Source of the DNA: Tubiluchus corallicola
Taxonomy: Eukaryota; Animalia; Priapulida
Direction: 5' to 3'
DNA length: 64,000 bases
Assembly: GCA_030141605.1 (NCBI GenBank)
Contig: JAQGDQ010000001.1
Coordinates: 3,100,001-3,164,000, forward strand
The notes beneath the pieces are model-generated. The model had not been told where the DNA came from. It did no database searches and saw only the letters and a list, made by a program, of their open reading frames with translations. Position numbers and translations under genes: made by a program. This document shows, piece by piece, positions 15,401-29,557 of the stretch (its first letter is position 1; every line of letters starts with the position of its first letter).

Positions 15401-16871
15401 GAAATATCTCTCATGTTTGATTACAGTTCTATCATACTTCTTTGTTTACACAGAAAACACATTGTGTACAGTTGTTCTATGCACCCCTCACTGATACTTG
15501 CTCTAAATTTTAAAGTATAGTAGTTTTGTGCCAGTTTTAACTGCCACCATCACTGCAATGTGCAGTAGTTACATGGGCTACAGGTAGAAAAGAATTTTTT
15601 TAACTTTGCTGAAGAAATTAATTGCGTGGTGGTGACCTTCCCTCTGTACTCTATCAATACCATACCAGGATTTATGTTCCAAATAGGAAAATTTTAAAGA
15701 TCACAAACTGCCTTTATGTCAATATCTAATGATAGATAATAAATTATTCTGGAACTAATATGCTTGTTAATGTGCATTAATGAACGTTTTTGCTCATGCA
15801 ACATACGTAGTCAATTGCTAAACGAAATATGGGATGCAGCATCAGCTTAAGAGGCTGAAAACATTTGCTGGAAATGGAAACATTATTTTAGAGATGGAAA
15901 CAAATTATTCATTTTTACCATGTTTCATAGAACAGTTCTTGGAACTTCTTTTGACTTCTCCAGTCTTTAACATACCATATTGTTCATGCAGCATCTGCTT
16001 AACAGTTGCCACCAAGCCTGCTATTCTAGCAAACAGCAGAATAACATAAACTGTTGTTTTCGAAGACAAGCTAAGCATAGAAAGATCTGCTGGTTTATAC
16101 CAATTCTGGCTTTTTTATTATATACATTTGCAATTTCAAGTTTAAAATCTGAAATATAATAGACTGGAAGATTTTTTGTGTTACTACATAATTTAAAATT
16201 CATAAATATGATCGTCAGCTTTTTTTTAGTTCATTGTTGAAGTACATGACGACAAACTTGGAATTGGTTTCAAATGGCCCGAATAATAAAATGCAGATTT
16301 ATTGTTTAAATAAAAAGCTTGCATTATTATAGCTTTTTGCAATTTGCATAAAAACTCATGCCCTGTCCACGGATTTCTCTTAGGCACTCTTGTAAAACTC
16401 AGACTCTGATCTCATCTTTGTGAGACTTTCTTTACCGTATACACCAACCATTCTTGTTTATACGACCATTACAGCTGAAACCAGTCATCGTATCAATGAC
16501 CTTCCTCCTGCTCATCTTCGTAAATAGCCTCCAAAAATTGAATTAATACAACAAACAACTTTTCCGTTAAGGAGTTTACGCCTTGCCTAGGTTCTATGCT
16601 TCTGGTATTTCCAAATCCAAATGTCTCTGGTTGCATAGCAGTTTTTCATACTTAGTGTCATAGCCTCTCAACTGTTTTAAGCCATGTTAATTGCTTTATG
16701 AAGACCAATCTTTTAATGGAACATGCGTTCAGTTCCTACAGTTCATTGTTACTGACAATGGTTCACTAAGTTCACTTCTTATTCCAAATTTCAATGACAC
16801 ATCACGACATACTCAAAACCACTGAATACTGGCATACAAGTTTTCTCAAGCTTCAAAAGTAGTGTGAATGT

Positions 16872-19800
16872 CTAAATATCGATGATCACATACACATCGT
16901 GCCAGTTAGGCAAGTCGTGTATTTGCATATTCGAATAAGTTATTGCCTTTACCTCTGTGCCCTAAAAAAAAATCGCCTTCATCATCTTAGTGCCGGCTAT
17001 TGTTAGTAAAACTCTTTACAAGAAGTTATACATGTTCAAGTACAAAATTAACTATGTAATTTTATTTTTTGTCCACCGATGTTGCTAAAACGCATACAAC
17101 GTGATAAAACAAAGTGCAGGTTGTTTCAAGGAATCTTGATATGGGCTTAATATAAATTTTGTGGTGGTGAGCCCTTTTGAAACTTGTCACATTGCTTTTA
17201 CATGAGGGCAAGCTGTAGTTAAGCTGGTGTAAGGTAATGGCAAAGCACAAAGGACTGATACAGAAGGGAAACTCGGACCTTTCAAAAACAACTATTCTTG
17301 CATCTTTTTAATTTAAACATGAAAAAATAAGCAACAGCGAATGCTAGCTTGCTATTTAAGGGATGAACTTTTGACTGACTTGACCACTGAGAAATGTGGC
17401 GGCCTAATGGTTAAGGCATTTGCAATGTCTTGCTGATAATGCTAATTTTGCTAATAATGTAAGCAAAAACTCCCTGGTTCAAATCGAGGCTGCATCCTAT
17501 TTTTTCACATTTCCTGTCATTCAAGTTTGTATCAAAATTAATTTATTGTGGTTTATAACATGAATAGTAATAATCTTGACATTAAGATTATAAAATTAAT
17601 ATGTACAGGCATTACCTGAGGATGCTTACTGATGTCAAATTCGTCTCCCCAGCCTTTGGCCTTAATTCTAAAATTTTCTCTGTCAAACTCAATTATTTTG
17701 ATTTTCTGAAAATATAAATCAAAGTTACAAAAAAAATGAACAAAAATTGTAAAAATTAAATGCGTAAACTTTGGCAAATATGTACACAACAATGCAATGC
17801 AGCTTTGAGTACAAGTATAGGCAAATGGAATTTATGGTAGGCAGTGCTGCGTCAGTTACTTTTAAACTGTAGCACCACTACAAGTGCAATTACTCTCTTG
17901 ACAAGTAATCATGCTATTGCTACAATTACTTTTTTAAAAAATAGTTGTAGCAACTACAATTACTGTATGAAAGTAGACTCACTTTGCGCCAACTTCTGAG
18001 CATCGTTGATATAGTACACTCCAAAATGCAAGTGGCACGTTAAAAGGCCTCTTAATAGAGATAATTAAATTATTAGCGAAATCTGTGTACAAACACAAAT
18101 TGCAGCTAATTTTAGTAGTGACACTACATAGCAGGTAGTGGCATTACTACTCAGAACTGCCCAGCTCCAGTGCCTGCCTCATTTGCTATTAGCCTATTGC
18201 AAAATTTAGTTTTCCCAAACAAAAAATAAACAACTATAATAGTACTTATGCTTACAAAGGGATTTCATAGTACTGTAAAGTGCAAGTGTATTGTTACAAA
18301 TACAAAGAAAATTAAAATCTCAAACAACAAACTTCTTTAATACAACTTACGTAAAAACCAAAAGCTAGTATTGATCACAAAATGCATTTTGAATAAAATT
18401 TGATCATAAAAACTTGGTCGTACAACATGGAGTCACCCAAATTAAATGGACAAACTTGAACAAAAAACCCTTAATTGTCATTGAAATTCAACCACCAAAC
18501 TGTTCTAATCCAGATGATCGACTGCCCTAATTTTTGCAAAGTGGATGGAATTTGTAAAATCATACGTGACTTCTGATTATGCGAGGGTGCAGTTTGGATG
18601 AGTCTGCTTAGGAGTGGCTGTAAGTAATTAGCCAATCACAAACTGGAACTGTTGCACAGTGTTAGCTCTGCGATGGACAGAGTGATTGAGTAAATGAAGG
18701 AAGTACCAATTTTCTAGGATCCAAATTGATGCCTGGGAAAGACTGTACAAAAGTTTAGAAACTCCCACAGTTGAAAGCTTTACTTATACAGACTTATTAA
18801 AAAGCAGCTCTTGACTTCATACCACTAAAACTGCTGTTTGTATAGTTTTTCTCAATTGGAGCTTATCCCTTGAGTGCCAATAAGACAGCCTACATAGTCA
18901 GTGCCACTATCAGGAATTATGCTGCATTCCAAATGCTTTCCAACATTTAAGCCAAGAAAATTTTCCTCTATGTTTTGACAATGATGTAAGCAAAGTCTTT
19001 ATAATAATTACGTCGTTTATTATAACTAATTGTCCCATACAACATTATATGAACAACTACAGCTTTCCTTACCAATTCACAGTGAGTATTTTATTGATTT
19101 GGTACTTACCCTAGGAATGAAAAAAGGTTCAGCACTAAAAGCAAACAACCATTCATCAAGATAAGAATAAAGCAGAGACTCCATATCATGCCCTATGCAT
19201 GTAAAAACAAATATATTAAAGAGCTCACCTATTAGGGTTATCAATATTATACTGTCACAAAATCTCTCTTTACTTAGTTTTGACATTATTCAATTGTGCC
19301 AAAGCAATTAGGATTTTAAGGGTCATATTAGATTTGGTTATTCTAATTGCAAATTAACACTTCTGCTTACTACTTCTCTGTAGTGACCAGAATATAACTA
19401 TGAAAAATTAATTCTACTATTTCGTAAAAGGCAATTTTAAAGACAACTTTTGAAACCACCAGCTTTGAAAAGATTAAGCATTTGGAAAGATTAAGCCTTT
19501 GTACATATACAAAATAAAAGTAAATAAAACAGTATTTCATATTTTAGTTGCAGGTTATAAAGTCTATAAAGTAATTAAGATTAATTTTCTTCTGCAAGTT
19601 AAATGATTACAATTCAATTTACAAATAATAATTACTATCGAATCTCAAGGGACCAAAATATTTTTTTGTATTAAGCAGGTTTCATACTCACAGCTTTTTA
19701 TTATAATGTAAAATAGTAATTAATGGACATGTAGTCTTTTTTCATCAGTTTTCTTTTGTCACGAGCATAATTTAACCTTGCTTAACCCCGTTTTGCATGA

Positions 19801-22800
19801 GTACAAACTGCAAAATTATGACAATGTGTTGCCGGTCAGTTGTTCTGGTTAGCCTAAAGCAAACCTGCAAGCAAGAGGTTAGCGGTGGCAGAGAGTCTGC
19901 AGTATGTTGTGACCGCGAATGTACAGTCTGTAATGTAATACATCACAATGTTAATACCCACCTATGCAAAAAAAAACTTTACTACAGCCGCTGCTATGGT
20001 ATTACAATTGAATACATGGAAGCGAAGCCTAGCTGTTTAGGGATGGGAAGCCAGGCAGTCATAAGCACTAGTCTTAAACTACCACAGTAGTGTTTTGGAA
20101 ATCAACAATTTGACTGCAGGTAGTTGTTTGTACACTAATTTCAAAGATTAATTCTTAAATTGTAAAAATTTTTAACCTGAAAAAATCTATCAAAGTAAAA
20201 ATGCACTGTAATTAACTACCTCACATTTTATAACTTGAAGAAATCAGTAATTTTATTGTTTTGCATTTATACAAGCAAAATTTGTAATGAAGTCATTTAA
20301 ACCTTGCACTGAACGTATTGACTAATTCAAACCACTTTCAAAATTTAAATTAAACTGTGACAAAATGTTGCGTCTGTGTGGACAATTTGGCACAATTAAC
20401 TAATTTTAGACCACCTATAAAGTTTAAACTAAACTATGACAAAATGTTGCATCTGCATGCTAACGTAAGTGCATTTTATTATGATACACAATGGTTGTAA
20501 AAAAGCATAGCGATGGTTACCGTGACAGCAGGTGAAGAGTGTCTAGAGTCTAGATGGGGCAGACCACAGCAGAAATCTTATTACAAGTGTTTATTTGTAT
20601 TAAAATTATATTGGCAGGACTTTGGCTGGCAAAATGTCGTATAAATGGTGTTTTCATAATAACAACTTTCGCAGTAACCATACGTGATTACCTATGTTTT
20701 GTTATAAGCTTGGCAGAGACATAATACAGCATCGTGCTACTGAGAGTTTCGTTATGAGCCAAATTGTATTATCGGGATTCGACTGAGTATCAAAGCTCAA
20801 ACTCAAATTTTAAATTTATTATTTTAATGCCTTACTTACCTTCGGCTTCAATGCCATGTGTCATCTTAAATTCCACGTATTCCAATTCTGTCATGTACCC
20901 AAACATGGCCATTGAAACCTAAAAACAAAGTGTAAAATCTTTAATCCTTAAAAAACCAGCCTGCATACTGCATGGTGTCACAAGTTCAGTCAAGGCAAAA
21001 TATTAAATAGTAATTAAATGCAAATGCATCTCAGTAACTTATGCCTGCTTGGCAAGCAAACTTGGACAGGGTGTTTATTAAAGTTTCAGGCTATATGTAA
21101 TGAGGTGAGGTGCCTCACAAAATTTAACTTGGTAGCATTATTAAGTCTCAAGCATAGAGCATACGACTTCCAGGAAGGAGCTATAAATCATGTCAAAGTG
21201 CCAGTCTCAGATTTTTAAGTGCGTTATTTAGCTTTTTTGAGCAGTACGCCGTCTTCTCACTTAGATTTTAACTGGCTAAAACTGGCTTAAAAAATATTTC
21301 CTATGGATGTAAGGGCCTATATAAAAACATTAGTACCCAGAGGAGCCACTGTAATTAATAGTTGAACATAAACCAGTTATACCACTGGCTTCAGTTATCA
21401 GCAAACCATGGCTAGCTAAACAAACAAAAGAATGTGTTAAAATTCATTTGTCAAAATGGTACAAAAGTTTGTTACATGATGTAAAACTACTCATGTTGCA
21501 TAAAGTAGTACCTGTTCAAAGGCTTCTTGTAAATCATTGCCCCATGCATGCAACCTAAAACAACGAGTAGAATCATTATAAATGTTAATTAAGTTAGAAC
21601 TTTAACAGTGTTGCCTATGTCATAGACTTCTTTTTCTCTGGCTTGCTGACAGCAATGTCAGTAAAGCTTTGGCAAGGAAGAGTTGCAATTAATAATGTTG
21701 CAAAATTGATCACTACTTAATAACTTTTGCTTTGTTGCATTGTTTGGACTGCCTCCAGAACAAGAAATGTTGAAAAGTGTCATGACATGATAATTATACT
21801 TACTGGACATCAGCAGTATGATCCAAGTCTGAAATAAACAACAGCACTTGAGAAAGAAGATTTCAATTTTCATATTTATATTATTACACATACCAGGGTA
21901 AAAAAATTCAATTAAAGGCCTACATAACCCAAACAGACATTGAAGTTTTTTTAGTGCATTATTATGATTACACAAAGAATTCGTAATTATTATTAAACAA
22001 AAGAAAGTTATAAATTAAATAACTTGCCCTTTTATGGCAAATTTTGAATGCATTGTCGTAAAGATCACCATGTATCGCGGCTCTTGCGTGAGTGAGCAAG
22101 AATAACGTACTTAGTACAGAAAGTGTCTTTGATTACCGATGTTTTCCGATCTTTGGTGACCTCCTGTCTGTCTCGTGCAACGAAAAATTGCCTTCAAATT
22201 TTATACCGCTAACAACAAAGTGATAAAAAAACAGGTTTTACGGTAAGTTTATGATAAAACAAATTGAATATTTGTAACGAGAGTAGGATTTTACGTTGTA
22301 AGTAGGGTTTAGTTTGACTATAATATTTCAAATTTTCGAATTGTAACAACAATAACTGAAAAAACATTTCTGCAAGCCAAAATGAAGATAATAAATATTA
22401 TGCTTTTACTTATTGTAGTAAAAGGACTATTAAACATATACTAAGAAAGTACTGACACACTTAATTTAACTTCTCTGAATCTTTACAACAGCAACAAGAT
22501 TAATCTTCACATGACTTGATGCTGGTAAGCAGACTGCTATATAAACTTAAGGTTCTAACAGTATGAGCAATTAAGATTAACTATAAGATTTTAGAAATAC
22601 TAACTTAGAGTAAAAATGACGAAGATAACTACTTTATTTTTTGTTTAAGAACTGTAAATGCACTGTGTGTTTCATAACGAAAACAGTATTTCCATTTAAT
22701 TACCACTGTGGTAATTAGGGTCATTCTCTATTTGTTAGTAACACTATTACGATAATTAATTTGGTAGACAAAACAGAGATTGAATGAATCAACAGAATTC

Positions 22801-22886
22801 AACAATAATTTAGAGAATGAATGCTTACATTCATATTTAATTTCTGGCAGCTCATAATCTTCTTCTGAAAACTCGTAGTTTTCCAT
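16872..22886 (-). CDS. ZBTB8OS: Protein archease (cofactor of the RTCB tRNA-splicing ligase), complete, 155 aa
   Basis: Minus-strand GT-AG exons 22886-22829 (MENYEFSEEDYELPEIKYE), 21828-21804 (YLDHTADVQ), 21554-21512 (LHAWGNDLQEAFEQ), 20918-20840 (VSMAMFGYMT), 19192-19110 (SLLYSYLDEWLF), 17705-17616 (GWGDEFDISKHPQ), 16961-16872 (GTEVKAITYSNMQ...VIIDI*). Total 468 nt with all phases consistent. DHTAD, EVKAITY and terminal DI are archease hallmarks. Confidence 0.97.
17396..17500 (+). mobile_element. tRNA-derived SINE-like / pseudo-tRNA relic in an archease intron
   Basis: A-box-like GGCCTAATGGTTAAGGC and B-box-like GGTTCAAATC. The tail tccctggttcaaatcgaggctgcat resembles a reverse-strand copy at 58486-58548. 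Confidence 0.5.
17842..18158. mobile_element. Degenerate hAT-type non-autonomous element
   Basis: Left end cagtgctgcgtcagttac; right end attactactcagaactg (reverse complement cagttctgagtagtaat); internal ctacaattact repeats. Confidence 0.35.
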
Positions 22887-23400
22887 TTTCGTGGTTTTGA
22901 AAAATTAACAACCAATGCAGTCTTCACACTATACTCTGTAGACTCCTGGTCGTAAAGTTTTAATTACGATGAATTCAGTCACATATCACTGTTGCATTTG
23001 CTGTAACTAGTAGCAGAACACAAATACACCGTCACTATTAAAAAACTATAACAGTATAAAGTATAATAAAGGCTAAAATGATACATTTTAATTCATACAC
23101 TTCAATCTAAAAGTTAGAATTGTACTTGTAATACTATAATTTATGATAATCGGTAGGGTTATTCTGTAGTACTAGTAGTACTAATACTAGTAGTAATAAC
23201 ACTACCGATTATTAAACTGGTAATCTTGTGTAGCTTTTCTGGATTCACAAAAAATCTCAACTTCACATACATCTTCAATCATTAGTTCCAAACAGCTCAG
23301 TTGACTGACTGAGACTTTATAGCGATCCTAAGGTATTGCACCATTCACAACATTAATTGGAAATTTGTTCTGTTTCACTCCACGTGAAACATACTATTAT

Positions 23401-24134
23401 GTAGGGCGCCGAGTAATCCATTAGCCGAAGTAGGACACTTCCGGTAAAACGCATGTGCTAAATTTGCGGAAAAGCAGCGTCGTGCATGGGCAGCCCAAGT
23501 AGGGCGATTGCTGTCGAGAATTATGACATAATGAAACGTAAAGCTAAATTTGTTTTAGAAAAAAGTAACTTTATAATAATGATGGATATTCCTTGACAAT
23601 TTACAATGTGTTTTTTACAGTAATATCATCACTATTATTAGCTCCATTAATATCATCATAACATTCAACTAAGTATCTAATGCTTTAAAGAGAGGAACTA
23701 TGTAGGGCACATAGCTCGCTAGCCCATTTACTTAGTAGAAAACAATTATTTGTCCAAGATGTAGTGAAACGGGTCATCTGTCTGTGAAGCGATCCAAAAT
23801 ATAAATGATATACCTTAAGCAAATGTTGGAATCGAATCGGTAACGAATCGCCTAAGAAGTGGGCTTATTTCACTTCAAAAAGATTAATATCCAAGCCAAA
23901 TTTAATATTGGAAATTTTACTAACTCAAAATAAAATTCTTTTATTTTTCCAGATATATAATAAATTATTCAACGTTTTTGACGTTTTCAGTTCTTATTAT
24001 TAAATAAACAAGGACAACGGGTGCTGCCAGTACGGTTAACGACTCAATTTGTGACCTGACTCTAATGTCCTACTTGGGCTAGCCCATGTACGCCAATTGT
24101 CCTACTTCGGCTAGTAGATTACTCGGCGCCCAAC
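23401..24134. mobile_element. MITE (~730 bp) with ~37-bp terminal and ~24-bp subterminal inverted repeats
   Basis: gtagggcgccgagtaatccattagccgaagtaggaca (23401) pairs with tgtcctacttcggctagtagattactcggcgcccaac (ends 24134). catgggcagcccaagtagg (~23485) pairs with cctacttgggctagcccatg (~24069). Confidence 0.85.
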
Positions 24135-24959
24135 GTACTAAAAAGAGTAGACATGGGAGCTCTTTCCGGCATTCGAAAGTTTTCGTTAACTGCTGATAAT
24201 TTCTAAGATTTCTGTGGTCAGCTGTTTTGGTCACTTCAGTGGGTGCCTGTGGGTTGTCAGTGTCTAATAGTTGTGGCCAGGGAAGTTTTAGTATGGTTAA
24301 CAGTCTATCGTGGTAGTGGCAGTAGGGGTAGTAGTATATCGCCAGGAATTATAAATATAGGTTACTTTTCAGATAAGTAGTTCTTTCATTGTAATTATGA
24401 AAAATTCCACGAACGTTACCTGTTATCTAGGTAGTCCCACTGGCAAATTTTGCGCGCACCACTTATTTTGAGTCAGTAAAGAGTGGTTCTGTGGCTACGC
24501 AAAATCTCCTGCTTTTTAGCTCAGTTAGGGACTGTTGAGTTTTTTTGCACGTGAAGCAGGCTACTGGGTAACAAGTTTTGCATGTTTTTGGCTTAGGTAT
24601 AATATAATTTATTGTATTATATTGCTTGCAGACGTGTGGATATGTTAAAAAAACTCCCTCTAAGTGGGGTGATTTATAATGAAAAACAAGTGAATTCCGT
24701 AATTTATGTAGCGATAAAATCGTAAAAAGCACAGCTGTACGACCATTACATTAGTTTTGAGATAAACTAAAGGACTCGGAAGTTATTTAGCAAAAACTTT
24801 CATATCAAAAGCTATGAAATCAAAGCTGCTTTGTTTGTGGCTGCTGCACATGCAGAGAAACTTCATTAGTGTGATCAGGTAGCTTTTTTCCTAGCACAAT
24901 AACCAGTCACAAGCTACTAAACCTGGGGAAACAGTAGAGTCAGTCTCATCAAGCCTGCC

Positions 24960-27900
24960 AGGTAGCAATAATCTTGTTTACAGTATTACATTGCCAAAGA
25001 ATTGCTGCTATGCTATTGTGCTAACTATTTGCATAATAGCAGTCTAGAGAACCTGAAGAAAGTTTTATTCATTTTTTATCCATCCAGTGCAATCACCGAC
25101 GTTAAAATATCGCTATGGTAACTCTGTGAAGAGTTCTTGTTTGATAAGCCCAACAGATGCTCTTCCAGGGCAAAAGCTTTGCATTAAGCTGAACTACAAC
25201 ACATTGTTGAAGGGTTAAAAATGCTAGACAGTATTGATGATAGAGACTAATTTTTTTTCTGTGCAAAAAATCTGGAGAACACCCCTAAATGTGGACCCAA
25301 ATAAATTAACCTGTATTACCTGGTAGAGAGACTTGCAACAATCGAGAAACAAGTGGATAAATATAAATCAATGACTTTAAAAGACCGAGAGAAAATAAGT
25401 GAAATGGAAATAGGATTTACTTACAAGAGAAGTGCCAACTACTATACTAGGACCGGTACCTAGCTAAGATGACAAGTGCGTGAATATCAACAATGAACAC
25501 GCAAATATACCGTATTTTCCCGTGTATAAGAGACCCTTTTTTGCTCAGAATTTTCACTTTAAAAATAGGGGGTCTCTTATACATGGGAGTAAGTCTTTTC
25601 AATAAGATGCATAAATTGTGACACTAATGATTTTAAAAGAAATAAGTGCTCTACAACTGTTTTGCGTGTGGCGTTCGACTATGAAGCGGTTGTAAGCAAT
25701 ACAAGCATCGTGACACAGGCATTATCTCCTCGTTTTCTCTTTTCCTGTTACAGAGGTTTGCAGGTACGCACTTTAATATATACCAGTACTCTTTTTCTAC
25801 AACACATTAACTGGTTTTATTTTGTTTTCAGTACCGCACTGAGTTGAAAAAAGTTGTACTTTACCCTCTAAAAATGTCCATCTGAAAAAACTTTTTTCCA
25901 GAATTTTTGCCTAAAAATTGAAGGGGTCTCTTATACACAAGGTTCTCTTATACACGGGAAAATACGGTAGATGGCGGTAGCGCTTCAGCATCGTATGTGA
26001 CAAGAAAGATTCAAGAAGGTGATAGCAGTGATGGAGAAAAGTATGATCCCTTCAGATTTAAGTTACCAAAAGATCAATTAAAAAATGGATCAAGCAACAA
26101 AATAAAAAAGAAACGGAGAGCGGTCCTGGGAATGGTAACATCAAGTATTTCGTTAGGTGCACCTTTGACGAAAGATTTGTTTGTTTTTCGGGTGGGAAAC
26201 AAGTCAGTGATGATGAGGTGAAAAACATGCTTATTGAACAAAATGTGACACCATTCGAGTTTAACAGAATTTCACATGATGACTCAACATACAAGTCATA
26301 CAGAGTAACAATAAATGGTTCACACACGGACACAATGATAAAATGCGAACAGTACTTTTTCAGAAACGAAAAGCTTACTGAACTGTGTGTACATAACAAA
26401 TCACGCGATCTTTTCAAAGAGTTCAGTGAAGCAACGGGTAAAAATAGGCTATCTTCTAAATGTATTAATAGTGAAACAGTTCCGATAGTCATTGCCGAAA
26501 CGTTTGCTAGCGATTTTAATTCTTTATACAATATAGTATGTTTTAACCAATTAGAGATGACAGAGATCTAATCTAAGCTCTGTGATAATATCAATACTCA
26601 CGACTTGCCTTGTGTTATCTCTGTTGCGGATGTCTTATCTGTTCTGCCCAGATTGAAACCCACTAAATCTTATGGCAACTTTGGTTTAATGTCTGATCAC
26701 TTACTACATGCCCCTTTACATTTTTTATACACTTATGTCTATTGATGAATATGATGCTAATCCACATTACCCCTGATGATTTAAAATTCTCTAATATTTA
26801 TTCCATTCCTAAAGATCAACAAGGCGATTTAAGTAGTAAAGACAATTACCATGTGTTGTTGTCACCCGTTGGTAAATTGCTTGATTGGATAATTATAACA
26901 AAATACGAAAATCTGATATCCAGTTTTGACCAACAGATCTAAGATACAGCTGTATATTGTTGTCCAATTGATGCTTCGAAAACTTTTGATAAAAGTTAAT
27001 TTCTGTAAACTATTTTCACTTCTTACCAAACCTAATATGCGTTCACTGATTACCAGATTATTGTTACACATGTATTCCACACAGAAAGTCCAAGTGAATT
27101 GGCATGGTAAATCTTCTGCAACTTTTACTGTTACAAATGGACTACAACCAGGAGCTGTGCTTTCTCTACTCATAGAACTGTCAAAATCCAACTTTGGGTG
27201 TTGTGTAGGTTTGTAGTGCTGTTTCTTATGCTGATGATCTTACTTTGCTTGCACCTTGTGTTAAAGCATTACATGAAATGTTAAAAATATGTGAAGCTTA
27301 TGCTTTTAAATATAGTATCTCATCCGTTAACATACAACTATTAAGATTAAGAGCAAATGCATTGTTTAAAAAAAATAGGTGTGAGACAGTTATGGAAACT
27401 TCCAAGAAAATCTTCCCCTTATTTTCTTCCCCTTATTTGCAATATGATAAAGCCCAGTATTCAGATAATTAAAAATGTGTAAACTTCTTTTATACATGTT
27501 ATCATAGCAGTAATAGTCTGGTTTCTTTTTTTGCTCGACAAAGTTGCTATTCAGTTTTATTCTATATGGGAAATAATGTGAAATACATATGCCAAAAATA
27601 CAATATACATTTTGCATTGATGATACCTAGGCTAAAGCTTGTACGATCACGTGCATTTAAAGAGGAATGCAAACTAACTGAGGATCAAATTTATAAAGTA
27701 TCTCTGGTGATGGATATTTTAAATACCATAGAAGCAAGAGATTTCTCTTTTTATAGCTTGAGTAGATTGAATGAACTTTTAGCATTTATCATGGAAGATT
27801 AATTAGATACACATAATTTTATGGTATTTTTAAGTATAATTTTTAAAGTTAAATGATTGTCATTTCTGTCTTTTTATAATTTTTTCGATGTGTTATTTTT
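24960..27900 (+). mobile_element. Decayed CR1-like non-LTR retrotransposon (ORF1 remnant plus RT remnant)
   Basis: ORF1-like fragments (YCANYLHNSSLENLKKVLFIFYPSSAITDVKISLW; DLFVFRVG; SYRVTI) and RT motifs YCCPIDASKTFDKVN (~26950), NGLQPGAVLS (~27140) and YADDL (~27228), with many frameshifts and stops. Boundaries approximate. Confidence 0.8.
25510..25967. mobile_element. Tc1/mariner-pogo (Tc2-like) MITE, 458 bp, TA target duplication, nested in the LINE
   Basis: TA|CCGTATTTTCCCGTGTATAAGAGA ... TCTCTTATACACGGGAAAATACGG|TA form perfect terminal inverted repeats; internal ggggtctcttataca subterminal repeats. Confidence 0.92.
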
Positions 27901-29557
27901 GGTGTGTCATGTATGTGTAATGTGCCAACCAATTGTATAATTTTGTAAACATTACTAGTGTGCAGTGTGTCTGTGTTGTGTTAATGTACTTTTTCACTCC
28001 ATCATCACATTATGGTGTCAGGAGTAGGATATTGACTTTCTTTGGTGTAAGTCGGTAAGAATAAATTCTTTGTCAGCATTTATGAAAATTCAATGATATT
28101 TACTTTTAGGTAATTAGTTACATACAAGGCTCAAAATACCTGGATTCGCATCGCAATTCGCTCCATAAATTATTGCTGTTGCTCCTGTTTTTAGTCTTTC
28201 AGGGCAATAGCTGCTCCACAAAAACTTTGGTGTTTTCACTTCAGATTATGTAAATAAATGTATAATAACAGGAAAAAAGTTTAATGAATACATGTCTGTC
28301 ACAAAATGTTTTGCCTATTAAATATTTTACCAAATTGTTTAAAAACTTTCGGCTTCATTATTAATTCACGGAAAATCTTTTTATGTGCAGCCGCTTCCAC
28401 CAGGCTAGGTGGCACTTAATAAATGCAGATGAAAAGCAGGATGCAAAGTAAAGTAATGTAATTACATAGAAAATGATGCTTAATAGGTCTCTTTGATTTA
28501 TAAATCCAACCACTTAATAAATCCATTTAGTTTTGCATCTAGATGGATTTATTAAGCAGAGCACACTGTACCTAAATTTGCTGATATTACTGGCAAGATT
28601 TGTATTTGTTTGCACAATAAAACACAATCTAACTTCCTGAATGTATTCAATTTTCTGCTTTATGGTGACATACTAATAATCATACTAATTTGTTTCAATC
28701 ATCGTATTTATTATAGATCAACGATGGAGTATACTTTTAAATTTATGCCAGACGATAGCAAATATGGACATTGTGAAAGAGAAAGTACATTTGCTTATAA
28801 GAGACCACATGACTTTTTGCGAAAAGATTTGCATCTTTATTGAGTGAAGTACAGAAACGAAAACTTCTAATAAGCCAGACGAATTAGGTTTGGTAATTTC
28901 CAGAAAGACAGAGGTGCCATCTTGCAAAACAAGTCCAAATGAATAACTTAGACATTTTCTGTCATGTTTACATTTACCAAGATCGACCTAAGCAAAAAGT
29001 GATCTTGATTCGAACTTTTGAAGCTATAGCAGCTGTGGACTTATGTCCTAATTTACCCATACACAGCACTTTTTTGCACTGTGTATAATAAAACGTTATA
29101 CACCTTAGGCACCGTAGACAGTAATGACCATGGAGATCCTTTGTAAGTTTAGTAACCGCACATGATTAAATTTACTTGATCAGTGAAATCTGGAGGTTTG
29201 GGCTTTCTTGTAACTAATGAACTTTGTGTATAAAAATGAGAATTTAGCTAATTTGTGAATTCTACGTATTGCTTGCCTATATACATAACAGAACTTGCTG
29301 TATGTATTAATACCTGTTAAAAACTTGTTTTTACATTTGGTTGAACTAGCTGGATTAATTTTGCTTCATATTTCCTAGTTTAGCCTATTTATGCCTATTG
29401 TCTCATTATCTAAAGTTATAGTCTTTAAAGTGTTCTAGTTATTGAAATTGTATAATTATACTTTTTGCCACCTGATTTTCTCATTTGTTATTAACTTATA
29501 AATTATTATTATGATCGATTCTATTACAGACACAATGTAAGAAATGATGTTAGCAAC

